This document shows, piece by piece, positions 17,718 through 26,595 of a stretch of DNA of 64,000 nucleotides. Source of the stretch: Candidatus Bathyarchaeia archaeon (GTDB lineage Archaea > Thermoproteota > Bathyarchaeia > Bathyarchaeales > Bathycorpusculaceae); contig JBBFKZ010000003.1 in the NCBI GenBank assembly GCA_037481775.1, forward strand, positions 32,001-96,000, in the 5' to 3' direction. The stretch's first letter is position 1. Each line of letters starts with the position of its first letter. Below the pieces are notes generated by a model. That model searched no databases. It was not told the origin of the DNA and saw only the letters and a list, made by a program, of their open reading frames with translations. Both the position numbers and the translations under genes were made by a program.

Positions 17718-18131
17718 GTGGTTTCCTTAGCGTTTCTGCTGGGTGTAGGCGTTACTCTCGCTGTTACTCAGTTCTCGCTTAGGATTCCAAGCACCGCCGC
17801 TGTTGTTGCTGTAGGTTTAAGCGTTTGGAGAGATGAAGCCTGCACCGTTCCAGTTTCATCTATTGACTGGGGAGTTTTGGCGCCCGACGAATCCAAAAAC
17901 CTTGTGTTGATTTTGCGAAGCGAAAGCAACGTGCCCGTAACGCTTTCCATGAACGCTTCAGGCGGGAATCCGCCGCAAGCCGCCAATTACATCCAACTGT
18001 CATGGAATTACAATGGCGTGCAACTTCAGCCTCAAACCATTATTCCTGTAACATTTACTTTAACAGTGAACCCTTCTGTTTCAGGCATTTCCTCTTTCAG
18101 TTTTGAAATCGTGTTGGTTGCAAGCGGGTGA
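17718..18131 (+). CDS. Secreted/membrane Ig-like protein (start uncertain)
   Basis: Hydrophobic N-terminus, SIDWGVL.P..S motif, beta-rich. Confidence 0.65.
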   Translation: MVSLAFLLGVGVTLAVTQFSLRIPSTAAVVAVGLSVWRDEACTVPVSSIDWGVLAPDESKNLVLILRSESNVPVTLSMNASGGNPPQAANYIQLSWNYNGVQLQPQTIIPVTFTLTVNPSVSGISSFSFEIVLVASG

Positions 18132-18141
18132 ACGCTTCAAG

Positions 18142-18549
18142 ATGAGTAAGAAAGTGCTTAAACAGTTAAGCGAGTTGCAGCTTGGCGACATGGTTGAGGT
18201 TTCGTGGCTGGACGCTTCAAGAGGCAGATTGGAAACGGTTGAGGAGCTTCGCGAAGCTGGAGCAGCTGGAGCAGAAATAGACTTGCCTGTCACAAGTTAT
18301 GGAGTTTACATAGGCTCTTTTGGCAAAAGAGCTCAACACATTGTGCTTGTGGCAAGCCAGTGGCTTTTCGCTCAGGGCTACGGGCAGATTGACTGCACCA
18401 TAATTCCCGTTGGTACAGTTGAGAACATCAGGGTTTTGTTGCCTAAGCTGATGGAGGCGGAGAACGTGCAGGTTTGCCAGCAAGCCTTCATCCATGGAAG
18501 AGCCAGACGCCTCATGCGGAGAATAACGCTTTTCGGGGATGAGCGTTGA
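18142..18549 (+). CDS. Hypothetical viral protein
   Basis: GDMVEVSWLDAS motif (SH3/Sm-like); operon position before the terminase. Confidence 0.7.
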   Translation: MSKKVLKQLSELQLGDMVEVSWLDASRGRLETVEELREAGAAGAEIDLPVTSYGVYIGSFGKRAQHIVLVASQWLFAQGYGQIDCTIIPVGTVENIRVLLPKLMEAENVQVCQQAFIHGRARRLMRRITLFGDER

Positions 18550-18791
18550 GGAATCCTATACGCGAGGCTTTAACAAGAACGGTTCATGTGAAGGCTGGGA
18601 GAAGAGTTGAGGTTCCGCCAAGCCAGAAGCTGCTTTATGCGGTTTACTTCAGCCTTGGAATGGTTGGCTGTTTAACAGCTTTAGAGGCTGTGCACTTGGT
18701 TATATTAGGCAGTTGGAATACTGAAATCTTTACCGTTATTTCGGGGCTTGTTGGCAATATTACGGGCATTTTCTTGACTCAGAAGGCTTAA
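18546..18791 (+). CDS. Small two-TM membrane protein
   Basis: Two hydrophobic helices; overlaps the upstream stop. Confidence 0.65.
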   Translation: MRNPIREALTRTVHVKAGRRVEVPPSQKLLYAVYFSLGMVGCLTALEAVHLVILGSWNTEIFTVISGLVGNITGIFLTQKA

Positions 18792-18795
18792 GCTT

Positions 18796-19236
18796 ATGGC
18801 GAGAGGAAAACCTTGGACTGAAGAGGAGATTGCGGTTTTGGACGAGCTTGCCAGTCAAGGCTTGTCTCCTCAGCAAATTTATGAAAGTGGAAGGCTTCCG
18901 GAAAGAACCGTTGACGCTATAAGGAAACAGCTTAAACTTTGCTCTATAGTTCAAACTAAGCACACGGCAATAGTTCAAACTATTGAGCCAGCAGAAGACG
19001 CTTTAAGCATGGAAATGGTTGTCAAGCTTTTCAGCACAGCTTTTAAGCAAATCTGCGAACTGCAACAGGTTGACAAACTCACGCTTGAAAGGTTTCGCAT
19101 AATTTTCCAAGCCGCCAAGGACTATGGGCCTCTTCTGAGCAGCTTTCAAAAGTGGGAGGAAATTGAAAAGCGTGTGGAAGAGCTTGCTGCTGCTGTTGCG
19201 GAATTACAGGCAGCGAAGAGCGCTAAGAAAGCTTGA
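18796..19236 (+). CDS. Putative terminase small subunit (Myb/HTH N-terminus)
   Basis: KPWTEEE HTH, C-terminal coiled coil, overlaps terL. Confidence 0.55.
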   Translation: MARGKPWTEEEIAVLDELASQGLSPQQIYESGRLPERTVDAIRKQLKLCSIVQTKHTAIVQTIEPAEDALSMEMVVKLFSTAFKQICELQQVDKLTLERFRIIFQAAKDYGPLLSSFQKWEEIEKRVEELAAAVAELQAAKSAKKA

Positions 19237-20554
19237 GGAAACCGAGCACGCTGTTAGGCGAATGCTAAGGGAAGAAGAGGTTGAAGTAAAGGACGCCGTA
19301 GATTTTGCAGTTAAAGTTTTAGGCATAACGCCTTTCGACTATCAGGCACGGCTTTTGTTGGACGATAATAAGCGCATTGTCGCGTGCATGGGAAGGCAGA
19401 CAGGCAAAACCACGACGATAGCCATGAAAGCCATATACTTCGCAGACACAAACCCAAATGTTACTGTTCTGATTACAAGCCCAAGTCTACGCCAAAGCAT
19501 GATAATGTTCGACCGCATAGCCACATTCGTCTATTCCACACCACGCTTAAGAAACAAGATTGTAAGGGCTACAAGAACGCTGATTCATCTTGAAAATGGC
19601 AGCCGCATAATAGCTTTGCCATGCAGCGAAAACCTGTTGAGAGGATATACGGCGCAGATGGTTATTTGTGATGAAGCCTCATTCATGCCTGAAGAGGTTA
19701 TAACGCAAGTGATTTTTCCGATGTTGAGCACAACGGACGGCTACGCCATTTTTCTAAGCACGCCTTGGGGTAAGGACCATTTCTTTTACAGAGCCTTTGT
19801 CAATCCAGCCTACAGCGTGCATAAAGTAAAGTCTGAACAATGCCCATTGATTAAGCCCGAGTTTCTCGAGGAGATGAAAGCCAATATGACTAAAGAAGCC
19901 TACTTGATGGAGTATGAAGCAGAGTTTGTCGAAGCCCTGAACAGCTATTTCCCACAAGATTTAATCCGAAAATGTGTTGAATTAGCCCAAAAATTAGGCG
20001 TTGAGCTTTACGGAAGCCTTGAAGCAACCTTTCCAACAGGAGACTATTATGCCGGAGTGGATTTCGGCAAGCTGCAAGATTATAGCGTTATCACAGTTTT
20101 GAAGCGTGAAGGCGACATCCTCAAACTTGTTTATCTTTACCAGTTTCCACTCGAAACACCGTACACGCAAGTTATAGGACATTTAGTAAGAGCCCATCAG
20201 AAATTCAAATTTAGGAAAGCGCTCGTGGATCAAACAGGCGTAGGCGAGCCTGTTCTCGATGAAATCCGCAACCAAGGCTTAAACAATGTTGAAGGACTAA
20301 AGTTTACGGTTCAAACAAAAGAGGAGCTGCTATCGAATTTGAAGATTGCTATGGAGCAGAATCGCTTGGCGATACCGTATCATAGGCAACTGTGCACGCA
20401 AATAAACGAGCAACAATACGCATACAGCAAAAGCGGACACCTACAATTCAGCCACCCAATAAACAGCCATGACGACATGCTATGGTCATTAGCCTTAAGC
20501 ACTTATGCGTCAAGAGAACCGCCAAGAAAAGAACCAACCTTCACTTTCGGGTAA
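19163..20554 (+). CDS. terL: Terminase large subunit
   Basis: GRQTGKTT Walker A, LRG..ICDEA Walker B, LSTP motif III, nuclease GVDFG..D and HDD motifs. True start may be a few codons downstream. Confidence 0.95.
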   Translation: MKSVWKSLLLLLRNYRQRRALRKLEETEHAVRRMLREEEVEVKDAVDFAVKVLGITPFDYQARLLLDDNKRIVACMGRQTGKTTTIAMKAIYFADTNPNVTVLITSPSLRQSMIMFDRIATFVYSTPRLRNKIVRATRTLIHLENGSRIIALPCSENLLRGYTAQMVICDEASFMPEEVITQVIFPMLSTTDGYAIFLSTPWGKDHFFYRAFVNPAYSVHKVKSEQCPLIKPEFLEEMKANMTKEAYLMEYEAEFVEALNSYFPQDLIRKCVELAQKLGVELYGSLEATFPTGDYYAGVDFGKLQDYSVITVLKREGDILKLVYLYQFPLETPYTQVIGHLVRAHQKFKFRKALVDQTGVGEPVLDEIRNQGLNNVEGLKFTVQTKEELLSNLKIAMEQNRLAIPYHRQLCTQINEQQYAYSKSGHLQFSHPINSHDDMLWSLALSTYASREPPRKEPTFTFG

Positions 20555-20753
20555 AAAGTCCAACGACACTTTATCTTTCCTCCGCAATCAGCGGTTCATG
20601 GGTCTAAATCTAATGCCCGCGCACCATTTTCAAGATATCAAATTTGCCTGATTTTCGCTCTTTTCAGCATAGAATGGCAGAAAATTGACTTCAAATCGTG
20701 GGAGGCTTTTGATTTTGCTTGAGCGTTTAAAACTGTCAACCGTAGAATAATCT

Positions 20754-21731
20754 TCAATCAGGTAGTCGCTGGGGAACCGATTTTTGGAATAACTCGTTCA
20801 ATTTCTCAATTTGTTCATTGCACAATTGTTTTTTGGCAAGATGATTAATCCAGAACTCGTATTTGCACCCATATATTCTTACTATAACTCCATTTAGACA
20901 TTTTGCTTCCTCCTGTGAGAACAATTCATTAACAATTGAGGCAAAACATTCGATGCTAACATCCAATATTTGGCAGTCAATAACCCAAAAGATTGGGCTG
21001 TAAGATTTAAACTGCTTCTGCTTTTTATCGCTAAAGAAGTTCTCGAATACTTTTTTCCGTACAGGTTCCATCAGAATCTTAAATGAGCTTAAGGTTGCGT
21101 CTTCTGTTCTTTTGGTTTTAGCAGATGCGTTCTCTGTTATCTCTATTTTAATGTGATGAGTACCTACGTCGCGTTTTAGCGTGTCTATTGCCTCTTTGTC
21201 AACAGGATATGAATAAGAACCGGTTTCTTTGGCACTAATTTTGCTTTTAATGAATTTTATTAGATTGTCTGCTTCTTTGTCTATCCATTCATAGTCAAGC
21301 GTTCCAAAGTCTATCTTAACAATAAAATCCGATTCTATCTTCCCTATTTCTTTCCATACACGACGTATTGCATCACTTTTCAGTAGCTTCAATAGCGTTT
21401 CTACTTCAAAGAATACGTCTTCACCAACAATGTTTACCTTAATATCTGGGGTTGAAAAACCCTTCCTCTCAATAAGGAACTTGGGATTTAGATTTAGCTT
21501 CTTCAATTTTTCTGCAAATACAAGTTCGGAAAGATAACTTTCCCAATTATTGCCGTCTTTTCTCAATCTGTCAATTTTATTTTTGAAATTTGGTATGCCA
21601 CCAAGCTCAGCAAACAAGTTTTCAACGTAATCCATGGACGCTGGACAGTCATAAAAGTGAACTAATAATGGATGGTTCTTATCAAAAGTGTCCAAATATT
21701 TCTTAAGAAGGGCATGATTCCCAAAGTCCAT
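20754..21731 (-). CDS. AT-rich accessory protein, possible PD-(D/E)XK fold
   Basis: SELVFA..TPDIKV..FFEVET pattern; composition differs from flanks. Confidence 0.55.
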   Translation of the reverse strand: MDFGNHALLKKYLDTFDKNHPLLVHFYDCPASMDYVENLFAELGGIPNFKNKIDRLRKDGNNWESYLSELVFAEKLKKLNLNPKFLIERKGFSTPDIKVNIVGEDVFFEVETLLKLLKSDAIRRVWKEIGKIESDFIVKIDFGTLDYEWIDKEADNLIKFIKSKISAKETGSYSYPVDKEAIDTLKRDVGTHHIKIEITENASAKTKRTEDATLSSFKILMEPVRKKVFENFFSDKKQKQFKSYSPIFWVIDCQILDVSIECFASIVNELFSQEEAKCLNGVIVRIYGCKYEFWINHLAKKQLCNEQIEKLNELFQKSVPQRLPD

Positions 21732-21884
21732 TCGTCTTCTTTGTATAGTTTGTATTAGGAATAAATATTAGTTGTGGTAGGAATAAAAATACTTCAGTAT
21801 AGCCAGAAAAACATGAAGTCTAAACATGGATTCAGACTTCACAAACAATAAGAGTTCTAAAGCGAAAAAGAAGATGAAAGAGCC

Positions 21885-22670
21885 ATGAAAATTTATAAAA
21901 AAATCCTTTTCGCCAACTTCATGGCTTTTCTTACAATAATGTTATATTTCATAAGTATAGGGATTCCACGTTCAACATTTGATACTTATGAATATAACTA
22001 TATTGAACATTCGACAACAACACCTTTATCTAATGAAGCTACAATAACTAAGAAAGACTTTAACCTAACTTATGTTAAATGGATTAGTTTTTGGAAACTC
22101 GAAGGTTCTACATACGGAAGTTTGGGTATTCATTACAACATTACTTTTTTGTGGAATAACCCATTCGGATTTAATGTCAGTGTAGACATTGAAACAAGCT
22201 ATAATCCGCAAAATGGGGCAAGTTATAGCGTGCAACATGGTGTTTATGTTAATGGCACACAGTTAAACCGCTCTTCGCTTATCAATGTTCAGCCACTTGA
22301 AACAATAAAGATTGACTACTATGACGCTGTAGAATGGTTCAATCTGGAATCCCTCAACGATACCGAAACCCTTAACAGGGAATTAAAGGTCTCTGAAGAA
22401 GGTATAATTGAAGGTGCGCAACTACGCTTTATATTTCCAAAAGAAAATTGGCAAACAGTTTTAACAAAATATCCGCAGTCATTTTCAACAAAAACAGATA
22501 CTTGGACCGAAACAGAAAAAGTTTATTTGGGTTGTCTTTTCCATCCCGAAATCTTCATTGAATTCTTAAAGAATGGCTTACTTTATAGCGTCATCGTTAT
22601 TGCTATGATTTGGCTTTCAGCATTCATATACTTTCAAATCAAAACCTTCTATAATTGGGCTAAGAGTTGA
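21885..22670 (+). CDS. Membrane protein with N- and C-terminal TM helices
   Basis: Two TM segments flanking an N-x-S/T-rich extracellular domain; AT-rich. Confidence 0.7.
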   Translation: MKIYKKILFANFMAFLTIMLYFISIGIPRSTFDTYEYNYIEHSTTTPLSNEATITKKDFNLTYVKWISFWKLEGSTYGSLGIHYNITFLWNNPFGFNVSVDIETSYNPQNGASYSVQHGVYVNGTQLNRSSLINVQPLETIKIDYYDAVEWFNLESLNDTETLNRELKVSEEGIIEGAQLRFIFPKENWQTVLTKYPQSFSTKTDTWTETEKVYLGCLFHPEIFIEFLKNGLLYSVIVIAMIWLSAFIYFQIKTFYNWAKS

Positions 22671-22876
22671 GTGAAATGGAGAGAGAAATGATTTGTGATT
22701 GTCAACTTGAAGACAGGACTTGCGAGGATGTAAAAGAGGATAATGAACGAAATGGAAAATATTCTATAAGAATGCAGTTTGGATGCAGGAACGAAAATAA
22801 AAACATCTGTTGTCGCTTTTGCAAAATAGAAGATTGCAAAATTAAATGTATAAAGATTAAACAAAACTTAACATAA
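22667..22876 (+). CDS. Small Cys-rich protein
   Basis: CCRFC..C..C cluster; overlaps the upstream stop. Confidence 0.5.
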   Translation: MSEMEREMICDCQLEDRTCEDVKEDNERNGKYSIRMQFGCRNENKNICCRFCKIEDCKIKCIKIKQNLT

Positions 22877-23293
22877 AAAGGAACCAACTAACGAAAAGGT
22901 TAAGATAGAAATCATTTTGCTCAATCGGGTTTTAACCAATCCCAATAACGTAAGCATTACATTCCATTTTTAATTTCGTCTTCATGTATGATTATTCTTG
23001 TAAAGCTTGTGTGCAATTAAATCCAATCGGTTGAAGTATTTCAAAGTCGATATAGCATGCTTTTTCAACTACTTTTCAAAATGCAACACGCCCACTATGG
23101 TTTTTTCTCCATTCCATTTCTTCTTTCCACTTTTCCCTTTCGAACTTTATTCTACTTCTCGTTGAAAGGTATTGAAAAACTCCAATAATAGTCGAACCTA
23201 ACAAGATAGCTATTTCAACTTCCATTTTTTCACCTCTACTGTCTGCATCATTTATAAGAACGGAAAAAGTTTTCTGTTTTTCTGCTCAGTCCA

Positions 23294-23548
23294 TTAGACT
23301 TGTTTGCTAACTATGTTTTCGCTTATTTCTTCTAAACGTCTTGCTACTTCAACACCTTTGCCGGTTAGCCTGTTTATTCTTCTTGGTGCTATGAATTGGC
23401 TTTCAATCAAGCCTTCCGAATGTAGGGCGTTTATCATTTCGCTGCACCATTGTTCTGTTATGCCTGCTCTTTTGGCTATTTCGCTGTTTTGTAATGGTCC
23501 CTTCTCGAGCAGTATGACCAGAATCTTCTGTTTAACTGTAAGGAACAT
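23294..23548 (-). CDS. Winged-HTH transcriptional regulator (MarR-like)
   Basis: LTVKQKIL..SEIAKRAGIT..LHSEGLI..RLTGKG. Confidence 0.8.
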   Translation of the reverse strand: MFLTVKQKILVILLEKGPLQNSEIAKRAGITEQWCSEMINALHSEGLIESQFIAPRRINRLTGKGVEVARRLEEISENIVSKQV

Positions 23549-23633
23549 GCCTTATCTATGATATTTTTGTTTAGTTTTTAATGATAAACCCTTCTGAAAC
23601 TTTAATTTAAAATAGCGTTTAAGGCATTAGATA

Positions 23634-23933
23634 GTGTTGGGTGTTGGTTTGGAGGATGAAGAGGTTTTCGCGTTAGAGTTTGAGTTGAAGCCGAGGCTTT
23701 TGGCGACGGTGCTTTGGGGGTTAGGCGTTGGAACATGGTTTCTAACAGTTTACGCTATGCTAATTTGGCATGGATGGATCGGCAATGTTGAGGATGCGCT
23801 TTTTGTGCTTGTGAGTTTCATTTGCGGCTTAAACGCCATGGCGATGGGCTTCCTCATAGACATGCATTCGATGGAGTATAAAGGAGTCAGGTTTGGTATT
23901 CGAAGGAGAAAACGGGGAAAGAAAGAGGGATAA
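23634..23933 (+). CDS. Small two-TM membrane protein
   Basis: Two hydrophobic segments and a basic tail; divergent from the wHTH gene. Confidence 0.6.
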   Translation: MLGVGLEDEEVFALEFELKPRLLATVLWGLGVGTWFLTVYAMLIWHGWIGNVEDALFVLVSFICGLNAMAMGFLIDMHSMEYKGVRFGIRRRKRGKKEG

Positions 23934-23958
23934 TGAGGCGTTAAGGCTTTAGGGTTAG

Positions 23959-24843
23959 CTACGTTATGCCTGTGATTTCGCATATGGCTGTTGGTCTCTT
24001 AATGCGGGGAACCACGGCTTCGTAGACCCGAAAGTGGTGGTTCATGTCGACGGTTTGCATATAGAAGGTTTTTAGGTCTTGGGCTACGCACAGGTCTGCG
24101 TTTTCCGCTCCGCTTTTGATTAGTATTGCGCTGTCTGTTCCGCCGTCAGCCGCCTTAAGCTGGCTGCTTATGTAGATGTTGCCTTGAATAAGCTCCTTGA
24201 TTTTCTCGATTTGGCTTATGCCCGTATTCGCTATAAGCGTGTGAGCATCCATGAAGGCGCTTGGCTGCACAATCAAATCGTAAGGAGGCGGATAATACTT
24301 GTCAAGCAGTTTTTTGGCTGCCGCCCGTACATCGTTTAATGCGTTCGGAGCTGTTGCCCATGCGCCGCCGCTTGCCTGCGTCTGCCTTCCCGTGGCGGTT
24401 GTTAATCCTTCTATGCCAAGCATGGGTTCGCCAGAGATTTCGCCGTTAAGGATTAGGCGATCTTCTTTCTGAGCCACAACGAGGGCTGCTGATTCCGCGT
24501 TTGCCGTGTCCAATGGTGTTCCAAACCGCCTTGAAGCTTCCAAGTCTCGCCAGTGTATGCGGAAGTCTTTGTGCAGTATTGGCACTGTGAGGCTTTTGCG
24601 TGTGTAGATTATTGTGTCTTCTGCTGGCGTTTCGCCGTACATGCTGATGTGCGCTGCGCTCATTTCTGATAGCTCGTCCCAATCCACGGTCATGACGCCT
24701 ACGCCTGCAAGCTGTTTAACTGGCAAGACACGACGTCCAACCAAGACTGGCTGAGCAGCTCTGACCACAGCCTCGTCAAGCTGTTTCCACTCCTCTTCAC
24801 GCAATGGTGCCTGTGCTCTTCCAACAAGCGTTAACGGGTCCAT
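23959..24843 (-). CDS. HK97-fold major capsid protein, family-1 encapsulin/Linocin-M18-like
   Basis: APLREEEWKQLDEAVV..LVGRRVL..DFRIHWRDLEAS..PLDT..EDRLILNG..GIEGL; head operon position. Confidence 0.88.
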   Translation of the reverse strand: MDPLTLVGRAQAPLREEEWKQLDEAVVRAAQPVLVGRRVLPVKQLAGVGVMTVDWDELSEMSAAHISMYGETPAEDTIIYTRKSLTVPILHKDFRIHWRDLEASRRFGTPLDTANAESAALVVAQKEDRLILNGEISGEPMLGIEGLTTATGRQTQASGGAWATAPNALNDVRAAAKKLLDKYYPPPYDLIVQPSAFMDAHTLIANTGISQIEKIKELIQGNIYISSQLKAADGGTDSAILIKSGAENADLCVAQDLKTFYMQTVDMNHHFRVYEAVVPRIKRPTAICEITGIT

Positions 24844-24845
24844 TT

Positions 24846-25355
24846 CTAAATCACCAACCTAACCATAATCGACTTGTCAGCAGCAGAGGCATCAACACTT
24901 TCCTCTGCGTAGGCTACGATTGGTCCGTAAGGCGGGATGCTGCCGATTTCCAAGAGGTCTGGCTGAGCAGCGGTAGACGTTACTTGCGTGGCTCCTGAAG
25001 GGACGCTTACGGATATTGTAGCTGCAGCCTTCAATTTTCCGTTTGCAGCACAAACCAGCGATGCACCTTTAACAACGTTGTTTCCGCTTGCCAAAGTGGC
25101 TACCACAACCGCAGGCGCCTTCAACACACGAACTGGATGCTTATCTGGAAAGGCATTTGCAATCGGATATCTTGGGTCTGCGTCCAGAATGCCTAAGGGC
25201 TTTTGTTCTCCGTCGCCTGCAAGCGTTACTTGATGGTCGGCTGTGCCTTTCTTAACGAACAGTCCTGGCTTGCATGATGTGCCTTCGGTTATTAGCTCTT
25301 CAACGATGGGTGAGCCGCCAACCAAAATCTTGTTAGAAGGTTTAACGAACGGCAT
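24846..25355 (-). CDS. Capsid decoration/cement protein
   Basis: Gly/Ala/Val-rich beta protein directly upstream of the MCP. Confidence 0.65.
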   Translation of the reverse strand: MPFVKPSNKILVGGSPIVEELITEGTSCKPGLFVKKGTADHQVTLAGDGEQKPLGILDADPRYPIANAFPDKHPVRVLKAPAVVVATLASGNNVVKGASLVCAANGKLKAAATISVSVPSGATQVTSTAAQPDLLEIGSIPPYGPIVAYAEESVDASAADKSIMVRLVI

Positions 25356-25362
25356 GGCTCAC

Positions 25363-25713
25363 TCACTGCTCCTTCTTGTGGTATAAGCAGCCAACCGTCA
25401 GCCTGTTTTCATCTTCGCTTGTGGTTGCCCCAGCACTGCGAACATTTTTCACCGTGCCTTTAACGCTGTCAACGCCTTTCTGGACGAGCCTAAGCTGTGC
25501 AAGATCCAGCTTCTCAAGTTCATCCTTTGAAAGAATAGTCTTCTCTAAAATGGATTTGATTGCAGCTTCCCTTTCCTTTTCAACATAAGCAGTCAATGTT
25601 TTGGTGGCTTCAGTCATCGTTGTCTTGAGCTTCTCGTTCTCAGCCTCAAGCTCCGCAATCCTCGCCTTTAACGTTTCAACGGTTTCTGTTGGCTTTTCTT
25701 CACTCATATTCAT
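25363..25713 (-). CDS. Scaffold-like coiled-coil protein
   Basis: LKARIAELEAENEKLK coiled coil upstream of decoration and MCP genes. Confidence 0.6.
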   Translation of the reverse strand: MNMSEEKPTETVETLKARIAELEAENEKLKTTMTEATKTLTAYVEKEREAAIKSILEKTILSKDELEKLDLAQLRLVQKGVDSVKGTVKNVRSAGATTSEDENRLTVGCLYHKKEQ

Positions 25714-25935
25714 TCACAAAATAGTCACTCACATCATGCAATATGGGTTCAGCGAAGCGTTGAGCGGTCAGACTGCAATGGATTTTATGGTTCGGTTAAG
25801 TGGAATTTTGATGGGTAAGCGGTTAAGAAGATCGACATATCACTGAATCATTAAGTTGATTGAGTTAGGTAGAAGTGAAGATATATCCAGATTTGAAATA
25901 TGGACTATTAAATCACGGAAGCATCTATAATTACC

Positions 25936-26034
25936 ATGGGGAAAACCGTGGATAAGCGGCAGATTCGCAGAGTACTGAAAAAGAATGGGTATTCCGACAA
26001 AGCTGTTAAGGCAATCCTCAGATGGTACGAATGA
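25936..26034 (+). CDS. Small basic protein (32 aa), below ORF-track cutoff
   Basis: MGKTVDKRQIRRVLKKNGYSDKAVKAILRWYE, amphipathic helical pattern. Confidence 0.45.
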   Translation: MGKTVDKRQIRRVLKKNGYSDKAVKAILRWYE

Positions 26035-26119
26035 ATCTGTCTCGGTCATGATTTATTGACTATTAGGTCAAGGATGATAGAAATATATTCTCGGCTTGTG
26101 TAGAAGATTTTGATGAGAC

Positions 26120-26566
26120 ATGGCTGAAAAAGTTTCTTTAGATTCGGATGAAGTGTTTGAGGCTATCTCGCACCCTTTAAGGATAAAAATATTGAAAGCG
26201 CTCGCTAAGACACCACTCGGTTTTAGTGAGCTCAAGCGGGCAATTAATGTTGAAAGTAGTGGCGCCTTAGATTTTCATCTCAAAAAGATGCAAAGTCTGA
26301 TTGAAACAGACTCAGCTGGTCGATACATTTTAAACGCTAAAGGATCTGCTGCACTGGAAGCCATACGCGTCATCCAGCAATATGGGTGGCAAAGGCGCTC
26401 TTTTTTATTGAACGTTCTCGCTTATGTGCTTGTCAACATCTGGACGCTAATTAACTTCTCTTTAAGCTTAAATTCCATCATCGTGTTTGTCGGATCAACA
26501 CTTTGGATGGCATTCTATTCTTATTGGACGTTTATCTACAGGCGGGTTTCTTTAAGACAAAAGTAA
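26120..26566 (+). CDS. ArsR-like HTH protein with two C-terminal TM helices
   Basis: FEAISHPLRIKILKAL..FSELKR..LDFHLKK, then hydrophobic helices. Confidence 0.8.
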   Translation: MAEKVSLDSDEVFEAISHPLRIKILKALAKTPLGFSELKRAINVESSGALDFHLKKMQSLIETDSAGRYILNAKGSAALEAIRVIQQYGWQRRSFLLNVLAYVLVNIWTLINFSLSLNSIIVFVGSTLWMAFYSYWTFIYRRVSLRQK

Positions 26567-26595
26567 TTGAGTTAAATGGAAAACTTCCTGGTATT

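Noticed and set aside
23959-24843. Metabolic encapsulin operon
   Set aside because: No cargo enzyme nearby and the context is a full virion module.
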